64,000 nucleotides of DNA, from the NCBI RefSeq assembly GCF_030684315.1, contig NC_081403.1, forward strand, positions 1,178,001-1,242,000, read 5' to 3'. Within the stretch, counting starts at the first letter, position 1. Every line of letters begins with the position of its first letter. Source of the stretch: Stegostoma tigrinum (Eukaryota). The notes under the pieces were generated by a model. That model was not told the DNA's origin. It worked only from the letters and a program-made list of their open reading frames with translations, and made no database searches. Made by a program: the position numbers and the translations under genes. Shown here one piece after another: positions 36,342 to 47,458 of this stretch.

Positions 36342-39300
36342 ACACACACCTCACTCAGTCGCAGCAGTGTGTACCCTGCAGACATTCACCAGAGACCCTC
36401 GGGCAGCAGATATGTGGGCAACACCACCACCCCCACATGTTCCCCTCCCCGCCAGGGCTCAGAAACCATTCCTTCAGGGCTGCTGGGCCCAAATCCTGGG
36501 GGTGCCCTGAACAGCACAGAGGGTGTCCCCCATGCCAAACAGACTGCGGAATGAAGGCAGCTCACCCCACAACCAGCACCACCTTCGCGGGTACCTGGAG
36601 ATGGGCTAAAAACTCTGCCCTGGCCAGCGAAACCAAACCCCCACCCAAACCCTTGTGTGTGTCGTTGCACTTCTGTTTCAATTCTACGGCACAACTATAG
36701 CATGACAAACCTTATTAAAGTGAGGAACTTGCTGTGTGTGGGTGTGTGTACAATTGCAACGTTTAAAGTGACATTCGGATAAGGAAAGTTCTAGAGGGAT
36801 TGGGGCCAGGAGCAGGCCGGAGGGACTAGTTTAGGATTATGGTCGGCACGGACTGGTTGGGCCGAAGGGTCTGTTTCTGTGCTGTATGACTGTATAACTC
36901 GGAGTGGTCAGTATCAAATATGGGTAAGAATAAAAGATAATTGGTGAGAAAAGGGGTCTAGAAATGGCAAGATAACAAAGTGTGGAGCTGGATGAACACA
37001 GCAGGCCAAGCAGCACCTCGGGAGCACAAAAGCTGACGTTTCGGGCCTGGACCCTCCTTCAAAGAGGGGGATGAAGGGTCCAGGCCCAAAACGTCAGCTT
37101 TTGTGCTCCCGAGGTGCTGCTTGGCCTGCTGTGTTCATCCAGCTCCACACTTTGTTATCTCGGATTCTCCAGCATCTGCAGTTCCCATTATCTCTCTAGA
37201 AATGGCAAACCCAAATGGCCTACATCGTTTAGGTTCACAAGAGAGGTAGTTACAAAGTGCGCAAAGACACTGCTCATAGCACTGCAAGACTCCTGAGGTC
37301 CGACAGCAGCCCCAGCAAATTGGAAGGGAACAGATGTGATACGGCTATTCCCGAAAGCAGGGGTACTAGGCAGGCTAGGATGGATCACAGAGTCATACAG
37401 CATGGGAACAGACCCTTCCATCCAACCAACCATCTCACCCGTGCCAACTGGGTTCCGAAACTCTCGTCCCATTTGCCTGCATCCCTCTAATCCTTTCCCA
37501 TTCACATCCCCATCCAGATGCCTTTTAAATGCTGTAGCTGCACCAGCCTCCCACCCACTTCCCCTGGCGCAAGGGTGTTACCGGGGTTAGAGGGTTTGAG
37601 CTGGAGGGAGAGGCGGAATAGCCTGGGGCGATTTTCCCCGCAGCGCCTGAGGCTTATAGAGGTTTATAATATCACGAGAGGGCTGGAGGGTGAATAGGCA
37701 AGGCTTTTTCCCCTGAGGTAGGGGCAGAGGTCCAAACCTGAAGGGCATAGGTTGAAGGTGAGAGGGGAAAGATTTAAAAGGGACCCAAGGGGCAACACCT
37801 TTCACACAGAGGGTGGTGTGTGTATGGTTGGAGCTGCCAGGGGAAACAGGTGGGAGGCTGGTGCAGTTACAGCATTGAAAAGGCATCTGCACGGGGACAT
37901 GGATAGGAAGGGGTTAGAGGGATATGGGCCAAATGCTGGCAAATGGGACTGGATTAATTTAGGATATCTGGTCAGGTTGGGTCGAAGGGATTATTTCTGT
38001 GCTGTATGTCTTCATGACGCAGGTGGAACCTAGGCAATTCTGGAATGGGATTTTGGAATGACATTCCCAGTATGTTTAAAGGCATGACACCCTTCTCTGT
38101 CACAGAACAGCAGCAGGCTGAACCGGGGGAGGAGAGAGGGAGGGAGGGAGGGAAGAGGGCGGGGAAGAGGGAGAGAAAGATGTCGAAACGGTGAATGGAA
38201 AGTGCTCTGTATCCCAGGTGCTGTGTGTAACAGGCTGTTTGACCAGGTGAAGCAGGTTAGAACGAGGGAGGCAGCTCCAGGGCTGGAATTCACTGGGTCT
38301 GTTAGTCAACACTGCCACACTCGCAGTGGCTCCAGAGTAACTTGCAGTCACCCCTTGTGGGAGGCACTCCCACATTCCAACGCACCCCAGCCTCTCCAGG
38401 GAAAGGCACGCCTCCTGAATTCCCAGTTTGTGCACGGCGCTCCCAGTGTGGGTCTGACCGAGGGGTACAGGGACAGGAACTGTGCACGGCGCTCCCAGTG
38501 TGGGACTGACCGAGGGATACAGGGACAGGAACTGTGCACGGCGCTGCCAGTGTGGGTCTGACCGAGGGATACAGGGACAGGAACTGTGCACGGCGCTCCC
38601 AGTGTGGGTCTGACCAAGGGGTACAGGGACAGGAACTGTGCACGGTGCTCCCAGTGTGGGACTGACCGAGGGATACAGGGACAGGAACTGTGCACGGCGC
38701 TCCCAGTGTGGGTCTGAGCGAGGGATACAGGGACAGGAAGTGTGCACGGCGCTCCCAGTGTGGGTCTGACCGAGGGATACAGGGACAGGAACTGTGCACG
38801 GCGCTCCCAGTGTGGGTCTGACCGAGGGATACAGGGACAGGAACTGTGCACGGCGCTCCCAGTGTGGGACTGACCGAGGGATACAGGGACAGGAAGTGTG
38901 CACGGCGCTCCCAGTGTGGGTCTGAGCGAGGGATACAGGGACAGGAACTGTGCACGGTGCTCCCAGTGTGGGTCTGACCGAGGGATACAGAGACAGGAAC
39001 TGTGCACGGCGCTCCCAGTGTGAGACTGACCGAGGGATACAGGGACAGGAACTGTGCACGGTGCTCCCAGTGTGGGTCTGAGCGAGGGATCCAGGGACAG
39101 GAACTGTGCACGGTGCTCCCAGTGTGGGTCTGACCGAGGGATACAGAGACAGGAACTGTGCACGGTGCTCCCAGTGTGGGTCTGACCGAGGGACACAGGG
39201 ACAGGAACTGTGCACGGTGCTCCCAGTGTGGGTCTGAGCGAGGGATACAGAGACAGGAACTGTGCACGGTGCTCCCAGTGTGGGTCTGACCGAGGGACAC

Positions 39301-39923
39301 AGGGACAGGAACTGTGCACGGTGCTCCCAGTGTGGGTCTGAGCGAGGGATACAGGGACAGGAACTGTGCACGGTGCTCCCAGTGTGGGTCTGACTGAGGG
39401 ATACAGGGACAGGAACTGTGCACGGCGCTCCCAGTGTGGGTCTGACCGAGGGATACAGGGACAGGAACTGTGCACGGCGCTCCCAGTGTGGGACTGACCG
39501 AGGGATACAGGGACAGGAACTGTGCACGGTGCTCCCAGTGTGGGTCTGAGCGAGGGATACAGGGACAGGAACTGTGCACCGTGCTCCCAGTGTGGATCTG
39601 ACCGAGTGATATGGAGACAGAAGCTGTGCACGGTATTTGTTATGGGGACCATGATGATTGCTGACTCTGCCAATCCTGTTTCGGGTCATGCCGCACTGGG
39701 ACTGGGCTCCCACCCAGCTTTGCCAATATTCATGGACCCACCTGAAAACTTTTAAGAAAGCTGTTTGGCCATTTGGATGGGTAGGGGCCTTTGCACCTCT
39801 ACCCTCTACCCCGGTCACACTCTGGTTACTCTGGTACATGTGGGTGGGGACCCGAGTTGTCGTTAGTTTTTAGTCAGTATTGTCAGATGTTGTGCGACAG
39901 GGCGTTGCTCCATTCTGATGGCA

Positions 39924-39965
<42 letters not shown>

Positions 39966-42772
39966 CTCTGTCTGTTTGTCTGGCTCTCTCTCCCCTGCAC
40001 TCTGCCCCCACTTCCCTCCTTCTCCGCCTCCCCCCTCCTCCCTTCCCTCTCTCCCTCCTCCCTCTGCCTTTCTCGCCCCATGCTCCAGGTGCTGTGATAA
40101 ACAATTGTGGACCAAGATTGACCTGAGCAGACAGAAGTCGATCACACCAGCCATGCTGAGTGGGATTATCAGGAGGCAACCCATTACCCTGGACCTCAGC
40201 TGGACCAGTATCTCGAAGAAACAGCTCATGTGGCTCATGAACCGGCTGCAGGGTGAGAGGGCGCAGGGAGGGGCCGGGCGGGTGGGAAGAGCGTGCAGGG
40301 AGGGGCCGGGCGGGGGGAAGCAGTCACCTCGCAACCCCCCCTCGCAGTCATCGCTCCCTGTCTGTTCCTGAGGATTGGGACAGGTGATAATGGAGGGTTG
40401 GGAGGGAGTGGAGGAACAAAGGTCTTTATGGTGGTTGTGGAAGCCCAGAGTCTGACCTCAGTGTCCCTGTTCTCTCTGGTCCTTGCCCAGGCCTGAAGGA
40501 GCTGATCCTGTCCGGGTGTTCCTGGTCCTCAGTGTCTGCTCTCTGTTCAGCCAGTTGTTCTTGCCTGAGGCTACTCGACCTTCGCTGGGTCGAGGACGTG
40601 AAGGACTCACACCTCCGTGAACTCATCTCCCCTCCAAGTGACACCCGGCCAGGTAGGAATTGAGGGGAGGGGACAGTGTGGGATTTACATGGGGCTCGGT
40701 GGGAGTGTGTGGGGGGAGCTTAGACAGTAACTGGGGGGTTGTGAGCCTCCTGCAGTAACAGCCCCTGACCAGTGGGTGGGGGCAGTGAACCTCCTGCAGT
40801 AACAGCCCCTGACCAGTGGGTGGGGGCGGTGAGCCTCCTGCAGTAACAGCCCCTGACCAGTGGGTGGGGGCAGTGAGACTCCTGCAGTAACAGCCCCTGA
40901 CCAGTGGGTGGGGGCAGTGAACCTCCTGCAGTAACAGCCCCTGACCAGTGGGTGGGGGCGGTGAGCCTCCTGCAGTAACAGCCCCTGACCAGTGGGTGGG
41001 GGCAGTGAACCTCCTGCAGTAACAGCCCCTGACCAGTGGGTGGGGGCGGTGAGCCTCCTGCAGTAACAGCCCCTGACCAGTGGGTGGGGGCGGTGAGCCT
41101 CCTGCAGTAACAGCCCCTGACCAGTGGGTGGGGGCGGTGAGCCTCCTGCAGTAACAGCCCCTGACCAGTGGGTGGGGGCGGTGAACCTCCTGCAGTAACA
41201 GCCCCTGACCAGTGGGTGGGGGCGGTGAGCCTCCTGCAGTAACAGCCCCTGACCAGTGGGTGGGGGCAGTGAGCCTCCTGCAGTAACAGCCCCTGACCAG
41301 TGGGTGGGCGTGGTGAGCCTCCTGCAGTAACAGCCCCTGACCAGTGGGTGGGGGCGGTGAGCCTCCTGCAGTAACAGCCCCTGACCAGTGGGTGGGCGTG
41401 GTGAGCCTCCTGCAGTAACAGCCCCTGACCAGTGGGTGGGGGCGGTGAGCCTCCTGCAGTAACAGCCCCTGACCAGTGGGTGGGGGGGGTGATAAGCCTC
41501 CTGCAGTAACAGCCCCTGACCAGTGGGTGGGGGCAGTGAGCCTCCTGCAGTAACAGCCCCTGACCAGTGGGTGGGGGGTGATGAGCCTCCTGCAGTAACA
41601 GCCCCTGACCAGTGGGTGGGGGCAGTGAGCCTCCTGCAGTAACAGCCCCTGACCAGTGGGTGGGGGCAGTGAGCCTCCTGCAGTAACAGCCCCTGACCAG
41701 TGGGTGGGGGCGGTGAACCTCCTGCAGTAACAGCCCCTGACCAGTGGGTGGGGGCAGTGAACCTCCTGCAGTAACAGCCCCTGACCAGTGGGTGGGGGCA
41801 GTGAACCTCCTGCAGTAACAGCCCCTGACCAGTGGGTGGGGGCAGTGAGCCTCCTGCAGTAACAGCCCCTGACCAGTGGGTGGGGGCGGTGAACCTCCTG
41901 CAGTAACAGCCCCTGACCAGTGGGTGGGGGCAGTGAACCTCCTGCAGTAACAGCCCCTGACCAGTGGGTGGGGGCGGTGAACCTCCTGCAGTAACAGCCC
42001 CTGACCAGTGTGAGGTGGTGATGAGACTCCTGCAGTTAGCCCTGTACTGAGTGCCGGAGCCTGTTCCTGCCCCTTCCACAGGTCAGAACGAGCATCGAGG
42101 GAGGCTGCCAAACCTGTCGGAGCTGCGGCTTGCTGGCCTGGACATCAATGACACGTCACTGCGCCTCTTGGTGCGACACCTCCCACAGCTGAACAGTCTC
42201 GATCTCAGCCACTGTCCACACGTTGGAGACCAGTCTGTGAACCTACTGACCGCTGCCAATTCCCAACTCCGGGACAATCTGACTGAGATCAACCTGTCGG
42301 GTAACTGCTTCCTCCTCTGCCTTCGATTGTCTATCACCGCCGTCCGTCCCTCCTCCTGTCTCAGTCTGTCCATCACCGCCGTCCGTCCCTCCTCCTGTCT
42401 CAGTCTGTCTATCACCGCCGTCTGTCCCTCCTCCTGTCTCAGTCTGTCTATCACCGCCGTCCGTCCCGTCTCAGTCTCTCTATCACCGCCGTCTGTCCCG
42501 TCTCCTGTCTCAGTCTCTCTATCACCGCCGTCCGTCCCTCCTCCTGTCTCAGTCTCTCTATCACCGCTGTCCATCCCTCCTCCAGTCTCAGTCTCTCTAT
42601 CACCACCGTCCGTTCCCTCCTCCTGTCTCAGTCTCTCTATCACGGCCTTCCGTCCCTCCATCGCACCTTCTATCTCTGTGTTCCCTTTTCTCTCCCTTGT
42701 CCCTGCTTCGACACTGTTCTACCTCTCTCTCTCTCTCTCTCTCTGTCTCTCCCCCCCCGCACTGTCCTACAC

Positions 42773-42808
<36 letters not shown>

Positions 42809-43067
42809 CCCCCCCCGGACGCCACACTGCCCGACACTAATCTCTCTCTCTCTCTGTCTCTTTTCCTCCGCCCGGCCTGCTGCAGGGTGTAACCGACTGA
42901 CTGACCAGTGCCTGCCTCTGTTCAGGCGATGCTCGAACCTGTCCCGTGTGGACTTGCGTTGCTGTAAGCTCGTCACGCTGGAGGGCTGCCAACAGTTTGC
43001 CAAGGACGCCTCCATGAGCGCCACCTTCCGGTGCTCCCCGGACAAATTGATTTTGCGGAACAGCTAA
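28782..43067 (+). CDS. FBXL19: FBXL19, F-box/LRR protein 19 (CXXC-PHD-F-box-LRR, no JmjC), about 736 aa
   Basis: Exons 28782-28871 (tentative), 32020-32220, 32689-32832, 32928-33014, 33999-34175, 34458-35242, 40089-40252, 40491-40652, 42082-42300 and 42886-43067 total 2211 nt in phase. [16 protein letters not shown] and [21 protein letters not shown] are FBXL19-type. No JmjC exons upstream. Confidence 0.93.
29635..29848 (+). mobile_element. Foldback Penelope-like element, copy A
   Basis: About 88-bp inverted arms around apex 29723-29726, plus a ~35-bp unpaired tail. TSD TGTATAAAA(C/T)CCC at 29622-29634 and 29849-29861. Confidence 0.8.
30085..30580 (-). mobile_element. CR1 LINE 3' end, well preserved
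   Basis: [39 protein letters not shown], the typical CR1 ORF2 C-terminus. Confidence 0.9.
30890..31615 (+). mobile_element. CR1 LINE 3' fragment, degenerate
   Basis: [26 protein letters not shown]; tail ttgggccgaaggg. Confidence 0.8.
32020..32220 (+). CDS. FBXL19: FBXL19 CXXC zinc-finger exon
   Basis: [45 protein letters not shown]. Confidence 0.97.
32255..32620. repeat. About 70-bp dispersed tandem repeat (same family as 49920 and 51700)
   Basis: catcaaacactcccagggacagggacagcacggggttagatacagagtaaagctccctctacactgtcccc. Confidence 0.85.
32689..32832 (+). CDS. FBXL19: FBXL19 PHD exon
   Basis: [48 protein letters not shown]. Confidence 0.95.
32928..33014 (+). CDS. FBXL19: FBXL19 PHD C-terminal exon
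   Basis: [29 protein letters not shown]. Confidence 0.95.
33050..33650 (+). mobile_element. CR1 LINE 3' fragment
   Basis: Motifs gacctTATAGAGGTTTATAA, ttcacacagagggggtggtgcgtgtgtggaatgagctgcca and gggccaaatgctggc. Confidence 0.8.
33999..34175 (+). CDS. FBXL19: FBXL19 exon ([27 protein letters not shown]...GPKKK)
   Basis: AG/GT bounded, phase 0/0, basic NLS-like content. Confidence 0.85.
34458..35242 (+). CDS. FBXL19: FBXL19 large exon (Ser/acidic linker and F-box)
   Basis: [19 protein letters not shown]...[10 protein letters not shown]...[33 protein letters not shown]. Confidence 0.93.
35480..36620 (+). mobile_element. Degenerate L2/CR1-clade LINE RT fragment
   Basis: gcaggagttgctcagggtagtgtcctcggcccaaccatcttcagc encodes [15 protein letters not shown] (RT motif). 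Confidence 0.7.
36971..37194 (+). mobile_element. Foldback Penelope-like element, copy B
   Basis: Inverted arms plus tail; exact 14-bp TSD TCTAGAAATGGCAA at 36957-36970 and 37195-37208. Confidence 0.85.
37390..38015. mobile_element. Two CR1 3' fragments in opposite orientation (about 37390-37560 minus, 37590-38015 plus)
   Basis: [21 protein letters not shown] on plus; reverse-complement tail on the left. Confidence 0.7.
38430..39610. repeat. 52-bp minisatellite, about 22-23 copies
   Basis: Unit gtgcacggcgctcccagtgtgggtctgaccgagggatacagggacaggaact. Confidence 0.95.
40089..40252 (+). CDS. FBXL19: FBXL19 exon ([31 protein letters not shown]...RLQ)
   Basis: End of F-box and first LRR; AG/GT bounded. 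Confidence 0.95.
40491..40652 (+). CDS. FBXL19: FBXL19 LRR exon ([19 protein letters not shown]...DTRP)
   Basis: AG/GT bounded. Confidence 0.95.
40740..42040. repeat. 44-bp minisatellite, about 29 copies, filling almost the whole intron
   Basis: Unit gtgagcctcctgcagtaacagcccctgaccagtgggtgggggcg. Confidence 0.95.
42082..42300 (+). CDS. FBXL19: FBXL19 LRR exon ([21 protein letters not shown]...EINLS)
   Basis: AG/GT bounded. Confidence 0.95.
42328..42660. repeat. 39-bp minisatellite, about 8 copies
   Basis: Unit ctatcaccgccgtccgtccctcctcctgtctcagtctgt. Confidence 0.9.
42886..43067 (+). CDS. FBXL19: FBXL19 last coding exon ([15 protein letters not shown]...DKLILRNS*)
   Basis: Stop TAA ending at 43067; AATAAA at 43422-43427. 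Confidence 0.95.
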
Positions 43068-43389
43068 CGCCACAGGGAGGGGACGCTGTGTTCCCCCCCC
43101 TCCCCCTCCCGGGTGCTGATGGTGGGGAGCGAGGGAATGACGCTGGGTACTTTCACCATCAGACTCCAGGCTTGGACCTGAAACCAATTCTGTTTGGTTC
43201 CCCTCATAATCTCTTTTATTTTTGCTTCCTCTGTTTCTTATTTTCACCACCTTCCCCTCCCCCCCCCCCTTCCCCCCCCCCCCCCCCCCCCCCCACTCCA
43301 GTTTCTTGTGCTTTGTCGCGTTGGTGTAATTTCTGAAAAAACTGTGCCACTGATTTGGATCCAAGCCGCCTGCGAGTTGTACTGAGAGG

Positions 43390-43760
43390 AGACCGCGCGG
43401 GCGACCAGACACGAGGGGACCAATAAAATCCCAAAGGAAAATGGCGACCACCCCCCCCACCCCCCCCAACTCTCTCTTGCTCAGCTCCCTGACTTCTGCG
43501 ACGTCGCACACCGAGTTTTTCCCGAAACCACCGCCACGCGTCCGGCAGGTCTCCCGGTCGTTACCGCTCTCGGGAAGGTGTCGCGCGTGTGTCGAAATGG
43601 TGTCGGTTTGGTTTGGGACGGTGGGGTGGGGGGGGGGGGGGTGGGGGGGTTGGCAGGGAGGGGGAGGCGGAGGGAGAGAGCGCGCGCGCTCGGCGATGGA
43701 AGTTGACGTCAGCATGCCAGTGTTGTCAGTGCTGACCCACCGACAGCCCGGCGCTCCCTC
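43390..43760. promoter_or_regulatory. Small CpG island at the FBXL19 3' end
   Basis: YY1 AAAATGGCG 43438-43446, CRE TGACGTCA 43704-43711, CpG-dense. Confidence 0.5.
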
Positions 43761-44924
43761 ACAGAACAGTGTGAATGGGACGGGCTGTCACTCGGGGAAA
43801 TGACCGTCTGCCATCAAATGTGTCCAATGCAGTGGAAAGGCTGGGCTGTTCCTTGCCTGTGATTCGCTGGCTAACCGCTCCCTGAATTGTGTTTATTCAC
43901 CGATAGGGTTGTACTGAAGCAGTTCCGCCGCAAACGACTGGGTTGGCAGTGTAGGGGGAGTGCGACATGAAAATATCTGGCGGATACACTGGGAGAAGCT
44001 GGAAATGTTTAAGGGGAGAGCTGAGTGAGGGATTGGGTTGGGGCTTTCAACCCAGGCCTTGAGGAGAGAGTGTTTGAAGTAGCAGGACGGTCAGGAACTG
44101 GTGTCAGGGAGCATTCACGGGTGGTGCTGATGGGTGAGACATGGCTGGGGGGCATGGATTGGGGCCAATGTGAGAGACCCGGGGTCGGGGGGGAGGGGGG
44201 GGGTGAGGGCACGGATTGGGGCCGATGGTGAGACCCAGTTTGGCGGGGGGGGGGGGAAATGAGGGCACGGATTGGGGCCGATGGGTGAGGCCCGGGGGTG
44301 GGAGGTGGGCACGGATTGAGTGGGGATTGGAGACAAATTGTGGGGGGTGGGTGAGAGATCTGGGGGGAGGTGTGGAGATGCAGATTGGGGTGGGATGGGT
44401 GAGAGACCCCGGCGGGGTGCTGGAGACATGGATCGGCGTGTGATGGCCGTGATACCCAGCCGGTGGGGCGGGGGTGGTGAGGGAGAGATGTGATGAGCTG
44501 GGATCTGTGTGGGTCACCCTGAAGGTTTCGGTGTGATGGAGGGGGAACTGTTCCCACGGTACGGCTGGGAACCTGGCGGGGAATGTGGCTGAGGGAAGGA
44601 GGGAGGTGGAATTTCTTTCTGCAGTACCTCTCACAGCCAGGCGGTGTGATCCTGAAGCCTCTCCCCCCCACCCCCGGGCACTCGCCGGGCATCTGGATGT
44701 GTTGGGGTGACTGAAGCGAAGCCACCGTCCTCTCTGTAAGTTGGGTGCAGGTTCTCAGTGAGATCTGCACTTGGCATTTCCTACATGCTGTGTCCTCTGT
44801 CCGTGTGCCTGGTGGTTCCTCCATTCGCTGCTTCTCCCGCCCTTCCTTACCCTCCCGTCGCTCACCCTGATCGATCCCAGCCCTCTGTCTCAGGTCAATT
44901 CCTGCCAGACCTCCATCCCACCTT

Positions 44925-45265
44925 CGGGTGACTGCGTGGGGTTTGTACGTCCTCCCCGTGTCTGCCGGGGTTTCCTCCCACAGTCCACAAAGATGTGTGG
45001 GTTAGGGTGGGATTGGCCAATGGGAAATTGTCCCGTAGTGCCCAGGGATGTGCGGGTTAGGGTGGGATTGGCCGATGGGAAATTGTCCCGTAGTGCCCAG
45101 GGATGTGGGGGTTAGGGTGGGATTGGCCGATGGGATATTGTCCCGTAGTGCCCAGGGATGTGGGGGTTAGGGTGGGATTGGCCGATGGGAAAGGTAAGGT
45201 CACAGGGATGGGTCTGATCAGAGGGTCAGCATGGATTCGATGGCCTGCTTCTACAGTCGGGATTG
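44925..45265 (+). mobile_element. 5'-truncated HE1-like SINE with about 3 copies of the 55-bp unit
   Basis: ctccccgtgtctgc..gggtttcctcccacagtccacaaagatgtg, followed by the same unit as 3245-3965. Confidence 0.75.
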
Positions 45266-47189
45266 GCCCCAGAAGGTCGTGGAGTCCAAGTGATGGTGTG
45301 TTTTGAGGCCAGCGAGAGATGGTGATTGGGATTGAACAGCACAAGGGAACGGTCGCTATGGTGATGGAGGTGGGAGCTGGGTGTTTGGCAAGGGCTGGGG
45401 GCTGGGGGCGGGGGGTGGTGTGAGGGTGAGCGTCTCCTCTCACTGTGAATGGCGTGCTCCCTTTTCCGACGACCAATGGATTCCCCCGCCCTGGGAGCCG
45501 CTCGCTCCCGGGTGGCGTCTCGCTCAGCTGAGTTCCAACATCCACGAGATGCATTGCCTACTCCCCCCCCCCCCCCCCCCCCCGCCCGCCCGACCTCGGG
45601 GAGGGGAAATCCCTCCCCATCTCCTCCTCCATTTGGCGCCCCCTTTCACTCCGGACCCGGGCTCTCCATTTCTGGCATTCAATACCCGTCCCTAGTTGCC
45701 CCTTTGGGGACCGCTGCCCGGGGCTGACCCCACCGTGTCTGCGGGGAGGGAATTCCAGGGTTTTTGTCCCGGAGATGGTGGAGGAACGGCGGACAGATGG
45801 CCACGTCGGGGTCGGGGGGGGAGTTGGTATTCTCCGTCTCTGCTGTGGCTGCACCTCTCGGGGGAGGCGGGCACTATCGAAGCGTGGCCTGGTGGCGTGG
45901 AAGCAGGCCCTTCGGCCCAACCGAAGCCGCCGCGTTGATGTCCCTGCAGAGAGGCTTGCGAAATGCCCAACGTGGCTCCCGTCCCAGCCGCCGCGCGCCC
46001 TTCTTATGTGAACCCAGGTGCCCATCTTGCATTGCGACCACCCCTACCCTCAGGGGTGGGGGCAGGGGAAGCCATCCCCCTTTTTCCAAACCCCTTGAGA
46101 TTGGAGGGTCACCCCCACACCCTGGTCCCCAGCCTCTCTTCCCCGTGCCCCTTCTCCATGTTAACTTCCCGCAGCTGGGTGACCAGGACTGCGCATGTCA
46201 ACTCCAACACCGACCGAGGCCATCCTCGTGGCCCTCTCTCTCCCACCCACGAGGAGCGGTTGCCCACCCCCGCCGCGGCACCCCCCGGCTGATCTCTCCC
46301 TGCATCCTGTGGGCTGTGCCACCCATGGCCTGGCTTCGCCGCCCACGACGCCCTCACGATTGGCGGGACCCTGTGCTGGAGTTTCTGTGGGGCATCCATG
46401 AGCGTTGGCGGTGGGGGTGCCAGCCCATTGCTTTTTGTGTTGGTGGCGGGGGGGGGGGGCGGCATCCAACATCCCCAGTGCAGCCGGCGCTGCCCCCCCC
46501 CACCTCCCCAGTCTAGGGGCAAGCGGGGAGCATCCCCCAGCCCGATCCCCATGTTTCCTCTATCCCAGTCCGGCTCCCCCATCTCTCCCGGCTCCCTCCT
46601 TGTTCTCCGCACGCCCGCCGACTCTGAGGGGGTTGCGGCGGGGGCGGGGGGTCCCCCGGACCCTGAAATGTCTTCCTCCTCCCTGTCTGGGTGGGCAGAC
46701 CCGCTGAGTTTTTCCAGCCGCTTCCCGGGCCACGGCACCCGCGGTTCACCACGTCGCACTCCCTCTCCCGCCTGCGGTACCCGCCCGGACCGGCCTTTGA
46801 CCGCGGGCTGGGGGAGGTCCCACGGCTCCCTGGGGCTCCGGGATACCCTGCTCGGCCGGAACTGACCTCAGTGCCCCACTCCTCCGCTTGAAACCCGTCC
46901 CGGGTGGGGGTGACCCCCCACAGCCTCGTATCCGTCCCCAAACTAACCCCCCTGCTCCCTCCCCCCCCCCCACAGCCCCGTATCCATCCCCAAAGTAACC
47001 CCCCTGCCCCGCTCCCTCCCCCCACAAACTAATCCTCCCCCCTACACAGCCCCGCCCCGCTCCCTCCCCACCCAACACAGCCCCGTATCCGTCCCCAAAA
47101 CTAACCCCCCGCCCCGCTCCCTCCCACCCCCCGCCGACACAGCCCTGTTTCCGCCCCAAACTAATCCCCTAGCTCCCGCCCCCACCACA

Positions 47190-47389
47190 NNNNNNNNNNN
47201 NNNNNNNNNNNNNNNNNNNNNNNNNNNNNNNNNNNNNNNNNNNNNNNNNNNNNNNNNNNNNNNNNNNNNNNNNNNNNNNNNNNNNNNNNNNNNNNNNNNN
47301 NNNNNNNNNNNNNNNNNNNNNNNNNNNNNNNNNNNNNNNNNNNNNNNNNNNNNNNNNNNNNNNNNNNNNNNNNNNNNNNNNNNNNNNNN
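47190..47389. other. Assembly gap (200 N)
   Basis: Round-number N run. Confidence 0.98.
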
Positions 47390-47458
47390 CTGCTGGCCTT
47401 GGAGATGCCCAGCATGGCCAGCCGTGAGATCAAGTCGCCCCGCTCCAGGAGGAAGTGA
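47390..47458 (+). CDS. CFAP119: Probable last exon fragment of CFAP119 (CCDC189): LLALEMPSMASREIKSPRSRRK*
   Basis: Open frame from the gap edge to TGA, then AATAAA at 47478-47483. Resembles the recalled human C-terminus KLTALERP..GKSKTK*. Convergent with PHKG2, as CFAP119 is in human. Confidence 0.6.
   Translation: MLALEMPSMASREIKSPRSRRK

Noticed and set aside
38100-42111. 425-579-aa minus-strand repetitive ORFs
   Set aside because: They come from stop-free 52-bp and 44-bp minisatellites in FBXL19 introns, are open in several frames and show no domain.
32020-43067. Calling this gene KDM2A or KDM2B
   Set aside because: No JmjC exons lie between BCKDK and the CXXC exon, and diagnostic residues and 16p11.2 synteny fit FBXL19.
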